From Octopus sinensis (lineage: Eukaryota): 64,000 nt of DNA. A program made the translations under genes and the position numbers. The notes beneath the pieces were generated by a model. The model ran no database searches. It saw only the letters and a program-made list of their open reading frames with translations, and was not told where the DNA came from. Each line of letters opens with the position of its first letter. The first letter of the stretch is position 1. Of the stretch, positions 37,081 through 50,845 are shown piece after piece. Where the stretch lies: positions 138,074,001-138,138,000 of the forward strand of contig NC_043000.1 in NCBI RefSeq assembly GCF_006345805.1. Reading direction: 5' to 3'.

Positions 37081-37460
37081 TACAAGGTCGGTTGTAAGTT
37101 GCGTGGTTGTGAATACGTTAAACAGCATGGAAATTGTAGTTCTTAGAGTTTTGTGTATTCGAAAGATTAGTGACAGACTGGCGGAAACATAAACAAACAG
37201 TCAAGAAAAGCCAGAGACAAACGTGCTAAGCGATATATTGTCTTCCCATATGAGAAATTACATAAAGTTTTATATGCTTGGCTATGTGAATTACGCTCAA
37301 ACAGAATATTTGTCTCGTACATGACTGTTAGAACAAATACTTCACACGTGTTCATGGATAGATGTAAATATAATATTACTAAATATGCCATGTCTCATCT
37401 AGGTGGTGCTGGAGATTCATAAACAGAAATAGGCTAGCATTACATAAGACAGCCGTTTCA
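37081..37460 (+). mobile_element. Decayed pogo-like transposase N-terminus (Brinker-type DBD + CENP-B HTH)
   Basis: YKVGCKLRGCEYVKQHGN..EFCVFERLVTDWRK..YEKLHKVLYAWLCELR..WCWRFINRNRL across frameshifts. Confidence 0.7.
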
Positions 37461-38109
37461 CTATAGACTGTAATCAATAAATTCGTGGACACCTCAAACC
37501 ACGATGTGAATTTTATAAACGAAGTTTAATAAAGTTCATTAGAACCAATGTGGTTATTTTATTCTAACACAGTCTTAAGAATATATATACACAACGGCCA
37601 TGTGTGCATAAAAGCAGTTCTTTATCAGCTAGTTTTAAGACTCATGCCCATTTGTTGATGTGTATATTGTTAGCCAAACAGCAGTGACGATTTAAAAGTA
37701 TCATATCCTTTACTTGTACCAGATATAAATGTAGTGGATCTTGCAGACATGAAGTGGATTCGATCCACCACATAAATCTTGGTAGCATATTGCTATATCA
37801 ACAGTAACAAAACTTTGCAATGATTGGCAATGATTTGAATGTATTTCAGTGTTAAAAGCAGCCACAAGCACAGTTGTAAACAATATTCACAGATAGCTGC
37901 ATGTAAGCCAAAGGCTTGCAGCAGTAGTGATTTACACTGTCATTGTGTGAGATATTTTCATTTTGACTCATCTAGGCTTAAATACCCCAATATCGGCTCC
38001 CCAAGGCCTTTTTGTTCCAGCAATCACAATACATCGTGATTAAACGAATCTGTTGTTTGTAATGGTTGGCTTCCAGCTGTCCAATCGCATTGGCGCAACA
38101 GTTTATTTT

Positions 38110-39810
38110 TCCTTACGCGGGAAATTAATCACCAGCTTCTGGGAGCCCGCTATTCCCTATAAGTACGGCAGTTCTCGACTGTTCTATGGCTTTGGTACTC
38201 GCCACTGACCACGCGGAACTCGTCTCCAGCAACGGTGTATCTGACACCAGCCACTCTCCGTTTACATCTCCACCAGACGCCTGTCTGCATCATTGCTGTA
38301 TGAACATCCCATGACCAACAAACAACGGCTGTCTCTACACACCACCAACAGTACGTCAACTATGTCTATAACATCAACAATCCAGCCTAACCACGAAGTT
38401 CTCTCACACATCTTTGCAATAACCTGTTATGTCAGTTCATGTATGGCAATCATTGTATTTTATAACGGAGAATAAAACATCGCTTACGAGTTCAGTTTCA
38501 ATCTCAAGTTGTATATATCTCATTCCAACATTATCCTCATTAACCAGCTTCGCCATAGGTTAATAGACACACAACTGTTGGCTATCTCTTACATGGATCA
38601 ACTTGAATGCATGCTGCTTAACACCTGATACTCATACGTCTTCTCAAGGTTCGTCGACGACATCCTTCGAGGGAGAGGCGACCGCCATACATCAGTACTT
38701 CAGCAACGTCGACAACCATATCAAATTCGAAACCGAACACCTGGACGAATCCGGAATCCCCTCTCTCTGCTAGATTTCCAAATCAAGATCACAGTGGAGT
38801 ATTACGTCAACACAAATTTGTATAGAAAAGTGGCCATTACGAATCAGCTCTGCCCACCAGAGCCAAAGCCGCATTTATGCAGAATGAAATCACACGTATA
38901 AGAGACAGATGTTACGAAGCAACGGACAAAGCTACCTATACCAAGCGGTTCCTCAGGACCTTAGCACACAACGGCTATCCATCATCTGCTACGAAACGAC
39001 TATATCAGCGAAACACGAAACACAATAAAGCCCATAACACCAAGTCGGAAAAGTGCTTCCTTAAACTGCCTTACTTCAACGGCAGAGCAGCTGTAGTTAT
39101 TCAACACGCGATCCTCAGAGAGAGACTTAACATACAGTTGGTGCACACCGGTCCATTCCAGAGGAAAGTTCTGTTGAGGAAAATTACCGCAGATATCACC
39201 GTTGGTTGCACACTCACCAGCTGCCCAACAACGACATCATAACAAGGCGGCGAGCTGGCAGAATCGGTAGCACGCCGGGCGAAATGCGTAGCCGTATTTC
39301 GTCTGCCGTTACGTTCTGAGTTCAAATTCCGCCGAGGTCGACTTTGCCTTGCATCCTTTCGGAGTCGATAAATTAAGTACCAGTTACGCACTGGGTCGAC
39401 GTAACCGAGTTAATCCGTTTGTCTGTCTTTGTTTGTCCCCTCTGTGTGTAGCCCCTTGTGGGTAGTAAAGAAACAGACATCAAAACATGCTCGAGAGCCT
39501 ATAAAGTCTATGAAGTAGTCTGCAATAAATATGGGGCAACATACAATGAAACTGCACATTTGAATAAAGTAGCATATGCACACGGACACTTCAACAAAAC
39601 AAAAAACACCTTAGGAAGTGCCAACCCTGAATTTCAAAGTTTCCATCAAGGCAACCCAACGCAATGGGGGAAATCTCAGAATCATGGAGATCCTCCTTAT
39701 AAACAATTTGAGACCAGCCATGAACAGCAGGAAGGGGCTACACGAAGAAGACTGGTTGCTATACAAACACAAGTCTGCACATCTCTAGATACATGTGGTA
39801 ACTATTGAAA
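38110..39810 (+). mobile_element. Decayed Penelope-like element (RT + GIY-YIG)
   Basis: RFVDDI, HIKFETE, YRK, NEITRIRDRC..NGYP..LKLPYF thumb region, and KVYEVVCNKYGATY GIY-YIG-like segment. Confidence 0.85.
39243..39475 (+). mobile_element. SINE family B nested in the Penelope element
   Basis: Near-consensus copy. Confidence 0.92.
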
Positions 39811-39935
39811 ATGTTTTTTACTTTTCATCCCCTTCCAAATTGCTCTTAACCGTGGTTTGGGCTTTGACTGCTCCTTTTAGCATGTAAGATATCCTGTTAG
39901 GCTCACCTCTTTTGGGTTTAAAAATGTACACTAAT

Positions 39936-39980
<45 letters not shown>

Positions 39981-40089
39981 TCATTATACACTCTCATTAT
40001 ACACTCATTATATACACTCATTATTATTACTATGGACTCCGTGTGGGCAGTCATCTAAAAGTTTTTGTTCGTCATGATGCTGACATAAG

Positions 40090-40188
40090 TTCCTTGTCTT
40101 TCCTGATGAGAAGACGGCATAATGCACCCTTTATTCCTTCGGAATTAGGAATATGCAGTCTTCGAAACATGTGTCGAGAATAAAGGAA
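40090..40188 (+). ncRNA. Type I hammerhead ribozyme, canonical core
   Basis: CUGAUGA 40103-40109; stem II GAAGACGGCAUA/UAUGCAGUCUUC (11/12 pairs); GAAAC-AUGU-GUC cleavage triplet ending 40175; stem I 4 bp + 3x3 loop + 6 bp. Confidence 0.8.
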
Positions 40189-40247
40189 TTTTGTTAAATC
40201 GTCGTTCGACTCCATTCTTTGATTTATATATATATATATATATATAT

Positions 40248-40455
40248 GGAGGTAGGGCTGCAAAGCTCTTGGCTTTGGGTAAAAGGAAATACAGAAAGAT
40301 CAGTCTATTATGATTTTATTCAACATATTCTGAGATTCATACACTTATTGCAAGCGATCCTTTACTTTTTCTAAGCCCTGTAAAAGAACTCAGATGGTTG
40401 GGCAGCCAAGCCTTTCGTGATACCCTTAAAGCCAGGAACTTTTCAGCAGCCCCTT
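40248..40455. mobile_element. mariner-derived MITE
   Basis: Imperfect TIRs gggctgcaaagctcttggcttt / aaagccaggaacttttcagcagcccc with TA flanks. Confidence 0.75.
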
Positions 40456-43302
40456 ATACAGAGAGAGAGGCTGAGGATATAGATTCCTTTCAGATTCGGA
40501 GTAAATGGGCTGTCACTAAAATGTAAAGGTCTAAATGGCAACACTTTGTCAGAATATAACAATCTAAATAATTGAGCACTATTTTGATCGTTTGGTCGTT
40601 CAGAATCCTTATCAAGTTCTTTAATACTTTTCTTTTAATTAGCTTCCTCATGCCTAATAGATGTGGGAAAATGTCTAAGATGGAAGACAATTTGTATAGC
40701 CTATAGCATCGATATGCAACTAAGATACTCTAAGGCATCTTAGCCCTATTCCTTAAAATTCCCATTACAACATTTTCGGAAGCCGTTACATTATGTTCTT
40801 TATAGGTGTAAAGTAAAACTGATACTAAATTAATTCTCTAAGTCAGAAACACATTTGAAATTGCTCTGAACCTTCTACAGTATGTATATACATACAGTCA
40901 TTTGCACACATAAATTCACATGTTTTCTGACATGACATATATTCAATTATACACTCATACACACTCGAACATAAATATATAGTTGTATGTGTATATGGAG
41001 TGAAATGGTTTTTGAGTGTTATATCTAACGTGTGATATATCAGAAATCTATTTTATTTCTTTAGATAATTCTGGTGCCATACTGATTACTCTAAAACTTT
41101 TTGACTTTAGAATATCCTTAGAAAATATTTCCATGCAATAGTCTGGCTCATGTGATGCTAGTGAATTACTGCTATATGTGTACAACGATGCTGTCTTATT
41201 ATTACAGCACCTTTTCAAATACTGTTCAGAAACTCAATCAGTGAGAAACAGACTTGATTAAAATGATTAACAAAACATTCTTTATTTGGACATTACATAC
41301 ATTTTTTTTTTTAATATTTCTGATCACATGATAAACTTTCATCAGTGCCAAATATTCTCATCAGAATGAAATCTCAAATAATGATATAACTATTTAATAC
41401 CTTATGAATCTAATTTGAAAGCACACATGTCTCAATGAGTTATCTACGTAATAGACTACTGATCATGAGAACTATTCATAAATTCAAATCTCAGTACTGG
41501 TTTTGTGATGATTGTATACACAAAGCAACCATGATGATGATGATAACGATGATGATGATACTAAGCCACAATAATGTGCATGTTTCTGTCTCTGTATATA
41601 AAGTTGTATAAATTAAGAACCTGATAAATTAGCATTAAAATAGGTTAGCATGAAATGGTAAAGTAATCAAATCATTTAAATATTCAAGTTTAGAAATCGT
41701 TATAGCAATTACAGTGGTTTGTGAAAATTGTAAAATGTGATTCGTGCTGAATAGACAAGAAAAGAAATTTAATAAAGTTTTGACTTTCTGACTGAGGTTT
41801 AAGATTAAAAGATAGAACAATGCTTCAACATGTAAAAACTGAAAAAATTTCATTCACTTAGTTGCTTAAGTTGCTAGGTTTGAAACTTAGAAATTTTAGC
41901 TAACATTCTCTTTTTATTAAACTGATCAAATACCTGTGTCACAGGTATGATAGAATCTCTGCAATCAAAGTAGAGAAGAGTTCTGCCAAGTCAATATCAA
42001 CAACAATGAATAGCTAGAAATGTGTGCCTTACTAACATCTACAAAATTAAGCATAAACATGTGACCTATTTTCGTGAAAACCAGGAATTGTTAGATTAAT
42101 ATAATAACCAATACTTATTGTTCAAAGCTTTTGTAAAGTCACTTTTCATTGGCAGATAAGCTTTATTAGAGCAAATTTTATCTTGTTTCACATTTCAAGC
42201 AGAACAAATCACCGAAATTCTCTAGATTTCAAGAAATCATCAAGTGAGATTTAGATATCTTACATATAGTTTCAGACACTATAACTGATAGTGAAACAGA
42301 ACACAGGTAACAGCAGACTAAAACTATTTGAGTCGTATCTTTTTTGTTTCCTTGTACAAATTTGGTTTACCAAGGATCATCTACCTATAGAATGAATCCA
42401 TTATTGTCAGCAATTTTCATTCAGATATGAAAACAATTTGCTTGATTGCATTTGAATGCAGACGAAATGCATTGTAATAACTGTTTGGTTGTTATTGCTG
42501 CTAATATGTCTCTTTTTCCCAATGGAATAGTTAACTTCCTAAAGAAGTATACTCAAATTCGCTAACTAAATCCATCATAAATGGAACACATTCAAATCAA
42601 TTTTTCTCAATATCTCAGGTATTTTTCCACCTTGATGTCCATAGGGAAGGATCTTAACTGCTGTTTCACCATCCCTTCCTATATTACAATCCAACCATAA
42701 TCGTAAAATTGATTGCAACATTCTGTTTTCTCTTTAAGGTCTGGAAAGTAGATATCTATTGGTCCATTTGAGAATGATTAATTAAAACAGTTTGTTTGGC
42801 CATGTGAGAAATCTTTGCTTCTTGAACAAAAATCAAAGATGATATTCCAAATGCAATTATATTGATGGGTTGCAGTTTATAGAATGTTGACTATTTACCT
42901 CCAAGGAAAACATCTCTTTCTGTGATGATACAGTAATTCTGAATTATAGCTGAGTGTCACTCTCCAGTTTTCTTATTGATAATTCTTGACTTAATGAATT
43001 GTGGCCTTGGCATTTGATTGCTAGATTGCAACTAACATCAATATGTTCTTTTTTTTTTACTTCCTGCTACCAACTTATTCTCACTGATACTAAATCTGGA
43101 CTAATTTCATGTAGAAACGTTCAGTTTTCTTTGTATAAAAGACTTTCTACACTAGTAAGAGAAGAATATAACTATTTCCTTGAACAAGTTTTTCACTCAA
43201 AATTTCTCCCTGATGACTAGGTGTTTCCCCCAGCAATAGTAATACTTTATTAATCAATAATAAATACTATATATCCAGGATTCACAAAACAGAACGCTAA
43301 TA

Positions 43303-43712
43303 CTCTCTTTACTCTTTCACTTGTTTCAGTCATTTGACTGTGGCCATGCTGGAGTACCGCCTTTAGTCGAGCAAATCGACCCTACGACTTATTCTTTGTA
43401 TGCCTAGTACTTATTCTATCGGTCTCTTTTGCTGAACTGCTAAGGAAACAAGGATACAAACACACCAGCATCAGTTGTCAAGCGATGTTGAGGGGACAAA
43501 CACATACACACAAACACACAAACTTACACATACACACATACATATATATATACAATGGGCTTCTTTCAGTTTCTGTCTACCAAATTCACTCACAAGGCTT
43601 TGGTCGGCCCAAGGCTATAATAGAAGATGCTTGCCCAAGGTGCCATGCAGTGGGACTGAACCTGGAACCATTTGGTTGGTAAGCAAGCTACTTACCACAC
43701 AGCCACTCCTGC
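43303..43712 (-). mobile_element. SINE family A (CpG-decayed)
   Basis: Full-length; several consensus CG changed to TG/CA. Confidence 0.9.
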
Positions 43713-44479
43713 AAGAAGTTCAGTAAATCCAACAATTTTTTTATTAATATTATTGAAAACAAGAAATATTAACATGATAAAGAAATTATTTGTTATAATT
43801 AAAGTAAGCTAATGTTCACAAAATCCTATAAGATCAAATTATGACATCAGTTAAGCTTCTTTTGATATTGAAAGTGGATTAAGTTATAAAAAATGTATGA
43901 GTTTCATTTAGAATTACAATTAAAAAAATTCTAATATTCAGTCTTTTATCTTTTACATGTTCCAGTCACTTGACTGTGTCCATGCTGGGGCACTGCCCTG
44001 CAGGGTTTTAATTGAATAAATTGCCAAACCCAGGACTTGTATTTTTAAAACCTGTATTGGTCACTTTTACCAAATGGCTAAATTGCCAGGTATGTTAGCA
44101 TGTTAGACAAATTTGTTTTGAACATTTAAATCACACAGAAATGTTCTCATGTAACTTTGCTTTTTTCCCAGATTGAAAATATTTAGTTTCTGAGGAGCTA
44201 ATGGGGCTAGTGAAAGCAAAGATTCTTTGCTAAAACAGTAAATCTGTGATATATTACTATTTCCTCTACCATTATCGGTGTAGTATATATCTGTAGATTA
44301 ATGAGCTTGATTTTTGCCTCAAAAAGTTTTCTGTATGCTAGCATGAAAACTATGATGATAAGGATGACAACGATGGCAGTAATGATATATATATATATAT
44401 ATGTATATGTACACATATAAATTTATATATGTTTTGTAGTGAATTAGGGAAACTTTAAATATTCATTTATGGTAATCTA

Positions 44480-44915
44480 ATTAACATTAGTGATTTCATT
44501 CGAGTGTGATTGTTACCAGTGTCGCCTTACTGGCACTTGTGCAAGTGCAAGTGGAGTGCTAAGAGCACCATCCGAGCTTGATCGTTGCCAGAGCAGCTAA
44601 CTGGCTTCCGTGCCGGTGGCATGTAAAAGGCACCATTTGAGCATGAGCGTTACCAGCTTTGCCTTACTGGCACATGAAAAAACATTTGAGCGAGGTCGTT
44701 ACCAGTACCACCTGACTGGTAAAAGCACCTGGTGGCACGTAAAAGCACCCACTACACTCTCGGAATGATTGGCGTTAGGAAGGGCATCCAGCTGTAGAAA
44801 CTCTGCCAGATCAAGATTGGAGTCTGGTGCAGCCATGAGGTTCGCCGGACCTCAGTCAAATCGTCCAACCCATGCTAGCATGGAAAGCGGACGTTAAACA
44901 ATGATGATGATGATT
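44480..44915 (+). mobile_element. RTE 3' UTR fragment with ~60-bp hairpin repeats
   Basis: ccagt..actgg units followed by the shared RTE 3' end and (GAT)n. Confidence 0.85.
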
Positions 44916-45622
44916 ATGATACAGAATGCTACATAAGAATAATGCAGTCAAAACAGCTCAACAAATGTGGAAAAGACCTAAACTTTAACAATCTAAAAAG
45001 AGTTAGTAAAACAAATTTTCAGCATTTACCAACACCAGTTATACACTAATGTTGTTGAAATAAGGTCAACCACAGCGCTTCAATAGATCTTCTAAGAAAT
45101 ACAATGATCAGAATTGTTAATGAACTGAATATGTCTTCTTTCAAGAATTAACTGCAAGTAATGATTTAATAGATGCTTTATATGTCATCTTAAACACATG
45201 AAACTTGCAATATTAGCTTCAGGAACGTCACTCTTGTCAGTGAATTATAAAATTCAGATAATATGTGAGAGAATCTTAGACTCTATAATGACTAGCCTCA
45301 AGCTTATCGAGCTAAAGTAGGAAATATAAAATATAACCTTATTTCCTTTAATTTAGTTTCTAGGAATTATTCATCACATTTCTTCATCTACATAAACGTT
45401 TCATATTCAGAAATTTATAATTCATCTGCAATAGTGAAATTTGTAATTCATCTGCAATAGTGATCATTACTCAGTTAAAAGAGGGAGATAACTAAGTGAT
45501 AGTCCTTAGACTGCTGTGCTACTACGATTCTTTTCCAAACTTCTCAAATAAGTTGCTGAAATTTATCATTAAATATACTATCATTATGTTAAATGTATTT
45601 ATTTATTATTTATATGTCATTA

Positions 45623-46215
45623 AAGGTGATGAGCTGGCAGAAACGTTAGCACACCGGGCGAAATTTCAGTATTTCATCCGCAGTTACGTTCTGAGTTCAA
45701 ATTCCACTGAGGTCGACTTTGCCTTTCATCCTTTCATGGTCAATAAATTAATTACCAGTTACACACTGGGGTCGATGTAATCGACTTAATCCTTTTGTCT
45801 GTCCTTGTTTGCCCCCTCTGTATTTAGCCCATTGTGTGTAATAAAGAAATAAGTATTTCATCTGCAGTTACGTTCTGAGTTCAAATTCCACTGAGGTCGA
45901 CTTTGCCTTTCATCCTTTTGGGGTCAATAAATTAATTACCAGTTACACACTGGGGTCAATGTAATCGACTTAATCCTTTTGTCTGTCCTTGTTTGCCCCC
46001 TCTATGTTTAGCCCCTTGTGGGTAATAAAGAAATAAGAATCATTAGCATGCTGGGTGAAATGCTTAATGGTATTTTTCTGCTGCAACGTTCTGAGTTCAA
46101 ATTGTACCAAGGTCGACTTTGTCTTTCATCCTTTCAGTACCAGTTATGCACTGGGTTCGATGTAATTGACTTAATCCCCTCCCTCCAAGCTGCTCTTCTG
46201 GCAAAATTTGAAATT
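45623..46215 (+). mobile_element. SINE family B tandem trimer
   Basis: Junctions aaagaaataag|tatttc (~45853) and aaagaaataag|aatcattagc (~46033). Confidence 0.9.
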
Positions 46216-46794
46216 GTTTTTTATATGTTATTTTATCACATTTTCTTATATAAACATACCTCAGTATTATGAATTAACATGTGAAGTTTAACAGATTTGT
46301 TGTAGTATAACCAAACTTACAAATGTTCAAACCAATCAATAAAAGAAATTTTCTTCATGAAATTTAGAAAAATACACGAATATCAATTTTTTTTTTTAAT
46401 ATTCTAAAGCAGAAGTACAAGGCTGTATTTTTTACGAATTAAGTTATGAAATCTCTTTGGGAAATCAAGTTCATTGCAATATCAAACCATGGTAAACAAT
46501 TACAAACATGCAATTCTTATTGCAATCTTAATGATTAAAAGACCTGAAAAATTCTGATATAATGATTGAATGGTATCTGAGAAGGCTAATATAGATTTGT
46601 AAGATTTTAAGCCAGAACACATCAGAACAGTTTTAGTTATGTTTCACTGTAAGTAATTCAATAGTTTTAATAATAATCCCAAAGGCACAATGATATAATA
46701 TTGCCATTGTGACATGTTTGATAACATAATCTCTACAAAAATATTATCTCTGCTCTCAGTGGTATTTACATGCATTTATCTATCTACAATATAT

Positions 46795-47186
46795 CTATCT
46801 ATCTATCCGCTCAGTCATAGTCGACTCTCGGTTACTCGATGGATCAGCGTCCTCCAGTCAGTTCTATCCTGAGCCGCTTCTTTCAGATTGGCCATGTCCA
46901 TTCTGGTATTACTCTTGATGGTGTCAAGCCAGCGGGTTCTTGGTCGGCCTCTTCCTCTCTTGCCACTGACCATTCCGAGCATGATGTCCTTCTCCAGGGA
47001 TTTTCTCCGCATAATATGACCAAAATATGCCAATCTATGCTTGGTGATCCTCGCTTCTAGTGACATTTTTGGCTTGATCTGCTTGAGAACTTCTCCATTG
47101 GTGAGCCTCGCTGTCCATGGAATCCGTAAAAGTCTTCTCCAAAACAAAAGCTCGAATGCTTTCATTCTCTTCTGGTCAGCTTTCTT
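46795..47186 (-). mobile_element. 5'-truncated RTE-BovB-like LINE
   Basis: FELLFWRRLLRIPWTAR..YFGHIMRR.SLEKDIMLG..GKRGRGRPRTRWLD; (GATA) tail; 16-bp TSD tctatctacaatatat. Confidence 0.92.
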
Positions 47187-47267
47187 TCTATCTACAATAT
47201 ATGAACAATTTATTTAACTTAAAATGAAAATGAATAACAAAATAATAATGGCACTACATTGTTATAT

Positions 47268-47343
47268 GCCGGTCTGGGAATCGAAACCGCGATCCTACGA
47301 CCGTGAATCCGCTGCCCTAACCACTTGGCCATTGCGCCTCCAC
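47268..47343 (-). mobile_element. SINE family C head only
   Basis: Matches 32645-32718. Confidence 0.8.
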
Positions 47344-47829
47344 ATTGTTATATAAAGTGCTATTCATGGCAATGATACTGTTTGTTGCTTATAGTTCATG
47401 TCTTTCTCCCTCCTATTCCGTCTTATATTTATATGTTTGCATACAATTTATTGTCTAAGAACTGAATTGAAATTGCATCTAAGTGTATTAAAAGCTTCTC
47501 CTGTGTTATATTCTCTTCTCATTCAACCATATAAACATTACAGGATATTCTTGACCACCTTCCCAACTAGTTACAAAGCAATATATAAATTGTTTTGAAT
47601 CAGAAGATAAACATTGAAACAATGTGATTCCTAAAGCTGAATACTTTTCATAACACAGAATATATAGCTAGGTATATCAAAACTCCTTGTAGCTTTTGAA
47701 TGATTTTTAATTCTTCCAAGACTCATGTTTGCACATGGAAGTGAGACTCATGTTACACATGAAAGTGAGATGAGCAGCAGACATAAAAAACAGAATGATG
47801 TACTAAGTTGTATTTACTATTTTTTCAAT

Positions 47830-48170
47830 TCAATTTTATTGGCTCAAAAAGCAAAAGCAAGGCCATGTAGGTGGACAAGGAGGGTGGTCATACAAAGAGT
47901 TCAGGCCATTTCTGGTCAAGAGAGACTTTGAACCGAGCGGCCATTGGCATCTTCACTATGTCAGCCGGCAGCTTATTCCATGGATACGCCAACCAGACGG
48001 TGAAAGCCCCTCTTCTTCGATTGAGATGAAATCATTGCTTTTCGGAGAGCTTTTCGGAGTGAACCTGCAGCCCACACTCTGGAGCAGGAGTGAAGAACAG
48101 CTGGTATTTTATACCAACATTGGAGAGATGATTTTTTAATACATTTATATATGAACTTCCAATAATCATT
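47830..48170 (-). mobile_element. CR1-like LINE 3' end (decayed)
   Basis: Minus-strand remnants of the RGH..F..RVV..WN.LP..IV..FK..LD C-terminal pattern. Confidence 0.6.
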
Positions 48171-48354
48171 TTCATTGCTGAATGCCAAACTTGATGATAG
48201 TAAGTTGATTTTGTATTCTAATTGGGGTCTTTTTGCTGTTTGTCACATTTTGATAAGCAAAACAACATTCCATGGTAATGAGCTTAATTAAATATCTGAA
48301 GAAAGGTTTTAAATTATAATCATATGGTCTGATATATTAACTTTATAGTCACTA

Positions 48355-48772
48355 TAGGCGCAGGAGTGGCTGTGTGGTAAGTAGCTTGCTTACCAAGCAC
48401 ATGGCTCTGGGTTCAGTCTCACTGCGTAGCACCTTGGGCAGGTATCTTCTACTATAGTCTCGGGCCGACCAAAGCCTTGTGAGTGGATTTGGTAGACAGA
48501 AACTGAAAGAAGCCTGTCGCATATATGTATATATATATATATGTATGTGTGTATATATGTCTGTGTGTCTGTGTTAGACCCCCTCAACATCGCTTGACAA
48601 CCGATGCTGGTGTGTTTACATCCTCGTAACTTAGCTGTTTGGCAAAAGTGACCGATAGAATAAGTACTAGGCTTACAAAGAATAAGTCCTGGGGTCGATT
48701 TGCTCGACTAAAGGTGATGCTCCAGCATGGTCGCAGTCAAAGGACTGAAACAAGTAAAAGAGAGAGTATTTA
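48355..48772 (+). mobile_element. SINE family A
   Basis: Full-length match. Confidence 0.9.
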
Positions 48773-49065
48773 TCCTGTTATTAAAAAAGCAAACAGCAGA
48801 AGCAGAGTGCCTGTCCTAATTTTTGTTTACATATGAAACTAACTGTGCCAGTCATTTGATAAATGAACTATATATATATAAAGGTTATATATGTATAATA
48901 CCTTTTCGGAGTACAAAGTTAGATTACACTTCAGATCTACTTTGTTATGCATCAATTGTGGTATAACTCTCTTTGTGACCTACATTAACTGATCTAGTTG
49001 GTTAATTCTTCAATAATTTCCTCTTTCTTAATGGTATTGCTACACAAGACATTGGGTATGACAAT

Positions 49066-49118
<53 letters not shown>

Positions 49119-49195
49119 TTGTGTGTGTGTGTGTGTGTTTGTGTGTGTAAATGTCAAGTGATGAGAATGGGTACTCAACACTGTATTGATGGATA

Positions 49196-49432
49196 TAATT
49201 TCTTTATTTGCGAATTAAGGCTACCATTTGTTTCATGATAAGAAAAATAAGAAAATATTCTAGTATCTTAACAATTTTTCAAGCCAATACATGGAGAAAG
49301 GGTTTTCCAAAATGGAAATTAACACCTTTCTCCATTTGATTGGCTTGAAACATTGTTAAGACACTAGGATAATTTCCTACTTTTCTTTACATGAAACCAA
49401 TGGTGATCTTAAATCACAAATAAAGAAAATAT
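49196..49432. repeat. ~240-bp imperfect palindrome (foldback or MITE-like)
   Basis: Arms of ~110 bp, e.g. ctagtatcttaacaatttttcaagccaat / attggcttgaaacattgttaagacactag, around a short loop. Confidence 0.88.
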
Positions 49433-49624
49433 GAGTGTGTGTGTGTGTGTGTGTGCATGCACGTGAACATGCACACACACACACATAAACATATGCCTCC
49501 AACATACTTGAACTGATAAAATTATATATTCAAACACATCACTGCTCAGCACTTAGATTTCATCATCATGCCTCTCTCTCTTTCGGAGAGGCACAAGCAC
49601 CTACACACACATATACACACACGG

Positions 49625-49772
49625 TAGTAACTTCCACCTACCAAATTCAATCACAAAGCTTCGGTGGGCTCGGGGCTATAGCAGAAGACACCTACCCAAA
49701 GTGCCATGCAGTGGGACTGAACCCGAAACCATATAGCTAGGAAGCAAGCTCCCTAACCACACAGCCATGCCC
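49625..49772 (-). mobile_element. SINE family A 5' fragment
   Basis: Reverse-complement head. Confidence 0.75.
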
Positions 49773-49789
49773 ATAAGAAAAATAAAAAG

Positions 49790-50845
49790 GATTAAGTGAA
49801 AAATCAACCAGCTAAAATGTTGCCAGCTGCAACACCCACACTTTACTGGGATCAAGAAAACATCTTCAAAACTGCATGGAGACTGTCATCGATAGTCTTT
49901 TAACAGCAGAAGAACAGTGGGTCATTGAGAAAATAAAAGTCAATCCCAAAATGTCCTTAATCATTTGCCAAAAAGTATAAGATTACCGCATCACCTGTTG
50001 GAGCTCTAATAGATGGAGACATATCTGCACAGTGGTGAAGAAGACAGGTTTGAGATGCAGCACAAGCAATGCCGCTCCACTTTCAGCAATTCTGACAGCA
50101 CCTGTCAAACAAATCCCAAGCATACCTTATCCAATATATTCATTTTGTGCCCCAGATATCATAGCAACCATTAACAAAATTATAAACAACTCGACTGCAA
50201 TCCCTGACAGATTTCCTGCTAGAGTCCTGAAGGAGTGCTTTCATCAGTGTAAGCTATTCTCTGGAGAAAATTACTGGATACTGGCTATATTCCTGATAAT
50301 TTCTTATTCTAAGTTGATTGTCCCATTTTCAAAAATGGCAACAACTCACTGGCAGGGAATTACCAACTGATGTTACTTCTCATATCATTTAATTATTTAA
50401 GAGCGTGGTGAGATCTCAAGTTACTCACTTCCTAGAAAAAAACTACCTACTTATTCCTAACCAACATGGTTACCACAATGGCAGGGACTGCCTAACACAG
50501 TTCTTTCATCACTTTGATGACATTCTAAAAGGCTCTGGGAGAGGGATCCAATGCAGATGTCATCTATCTTGACTTCAGCAATGCATTGAACAAAGCTGGC
50601 TACAGGATCCTATTAAAGAAACTAACCAACATTAGCATTCAAGGGAAATTTTGAAAGTGGATTGAATGTTTTCTAGTGAACAGTACGCAGTATGTGGTGA
50701 ATAGATGTCGTTTAATCAAGCTCAGCCAAAGTCATCAGTGGTGTCTTATTCCTTTTTATAATTTATTGGGCCCACTCCTTTTTATTATCTACATCAATGA
50801 CATCATAAACAACATCAATGACAACAGTATTAGAATTTTTGTGTA
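49790..50845 (+). mobile_element. Decayed CR1-like LINE, RT motifs up to just before YADD
   Basis: PNQHGYHNGRDCLTQ, DVIYLDFSNA, LLKKL..WIECFL, GPLLFIIYIND remnants. Confidence 0.8.

Noticed and set aside
37600-38040. GPCR pseudogene (minus-strand HYCCKPLAY resembling the DRY..PL.Y region)
   Set aside because: It has several stops, no consistent transmembrane pattern and only one short motif.
40490-40690. Minus-strand exon at the CpG boundary
   Set aside because: Two partly open frames but no matching acceptor/donor pair.
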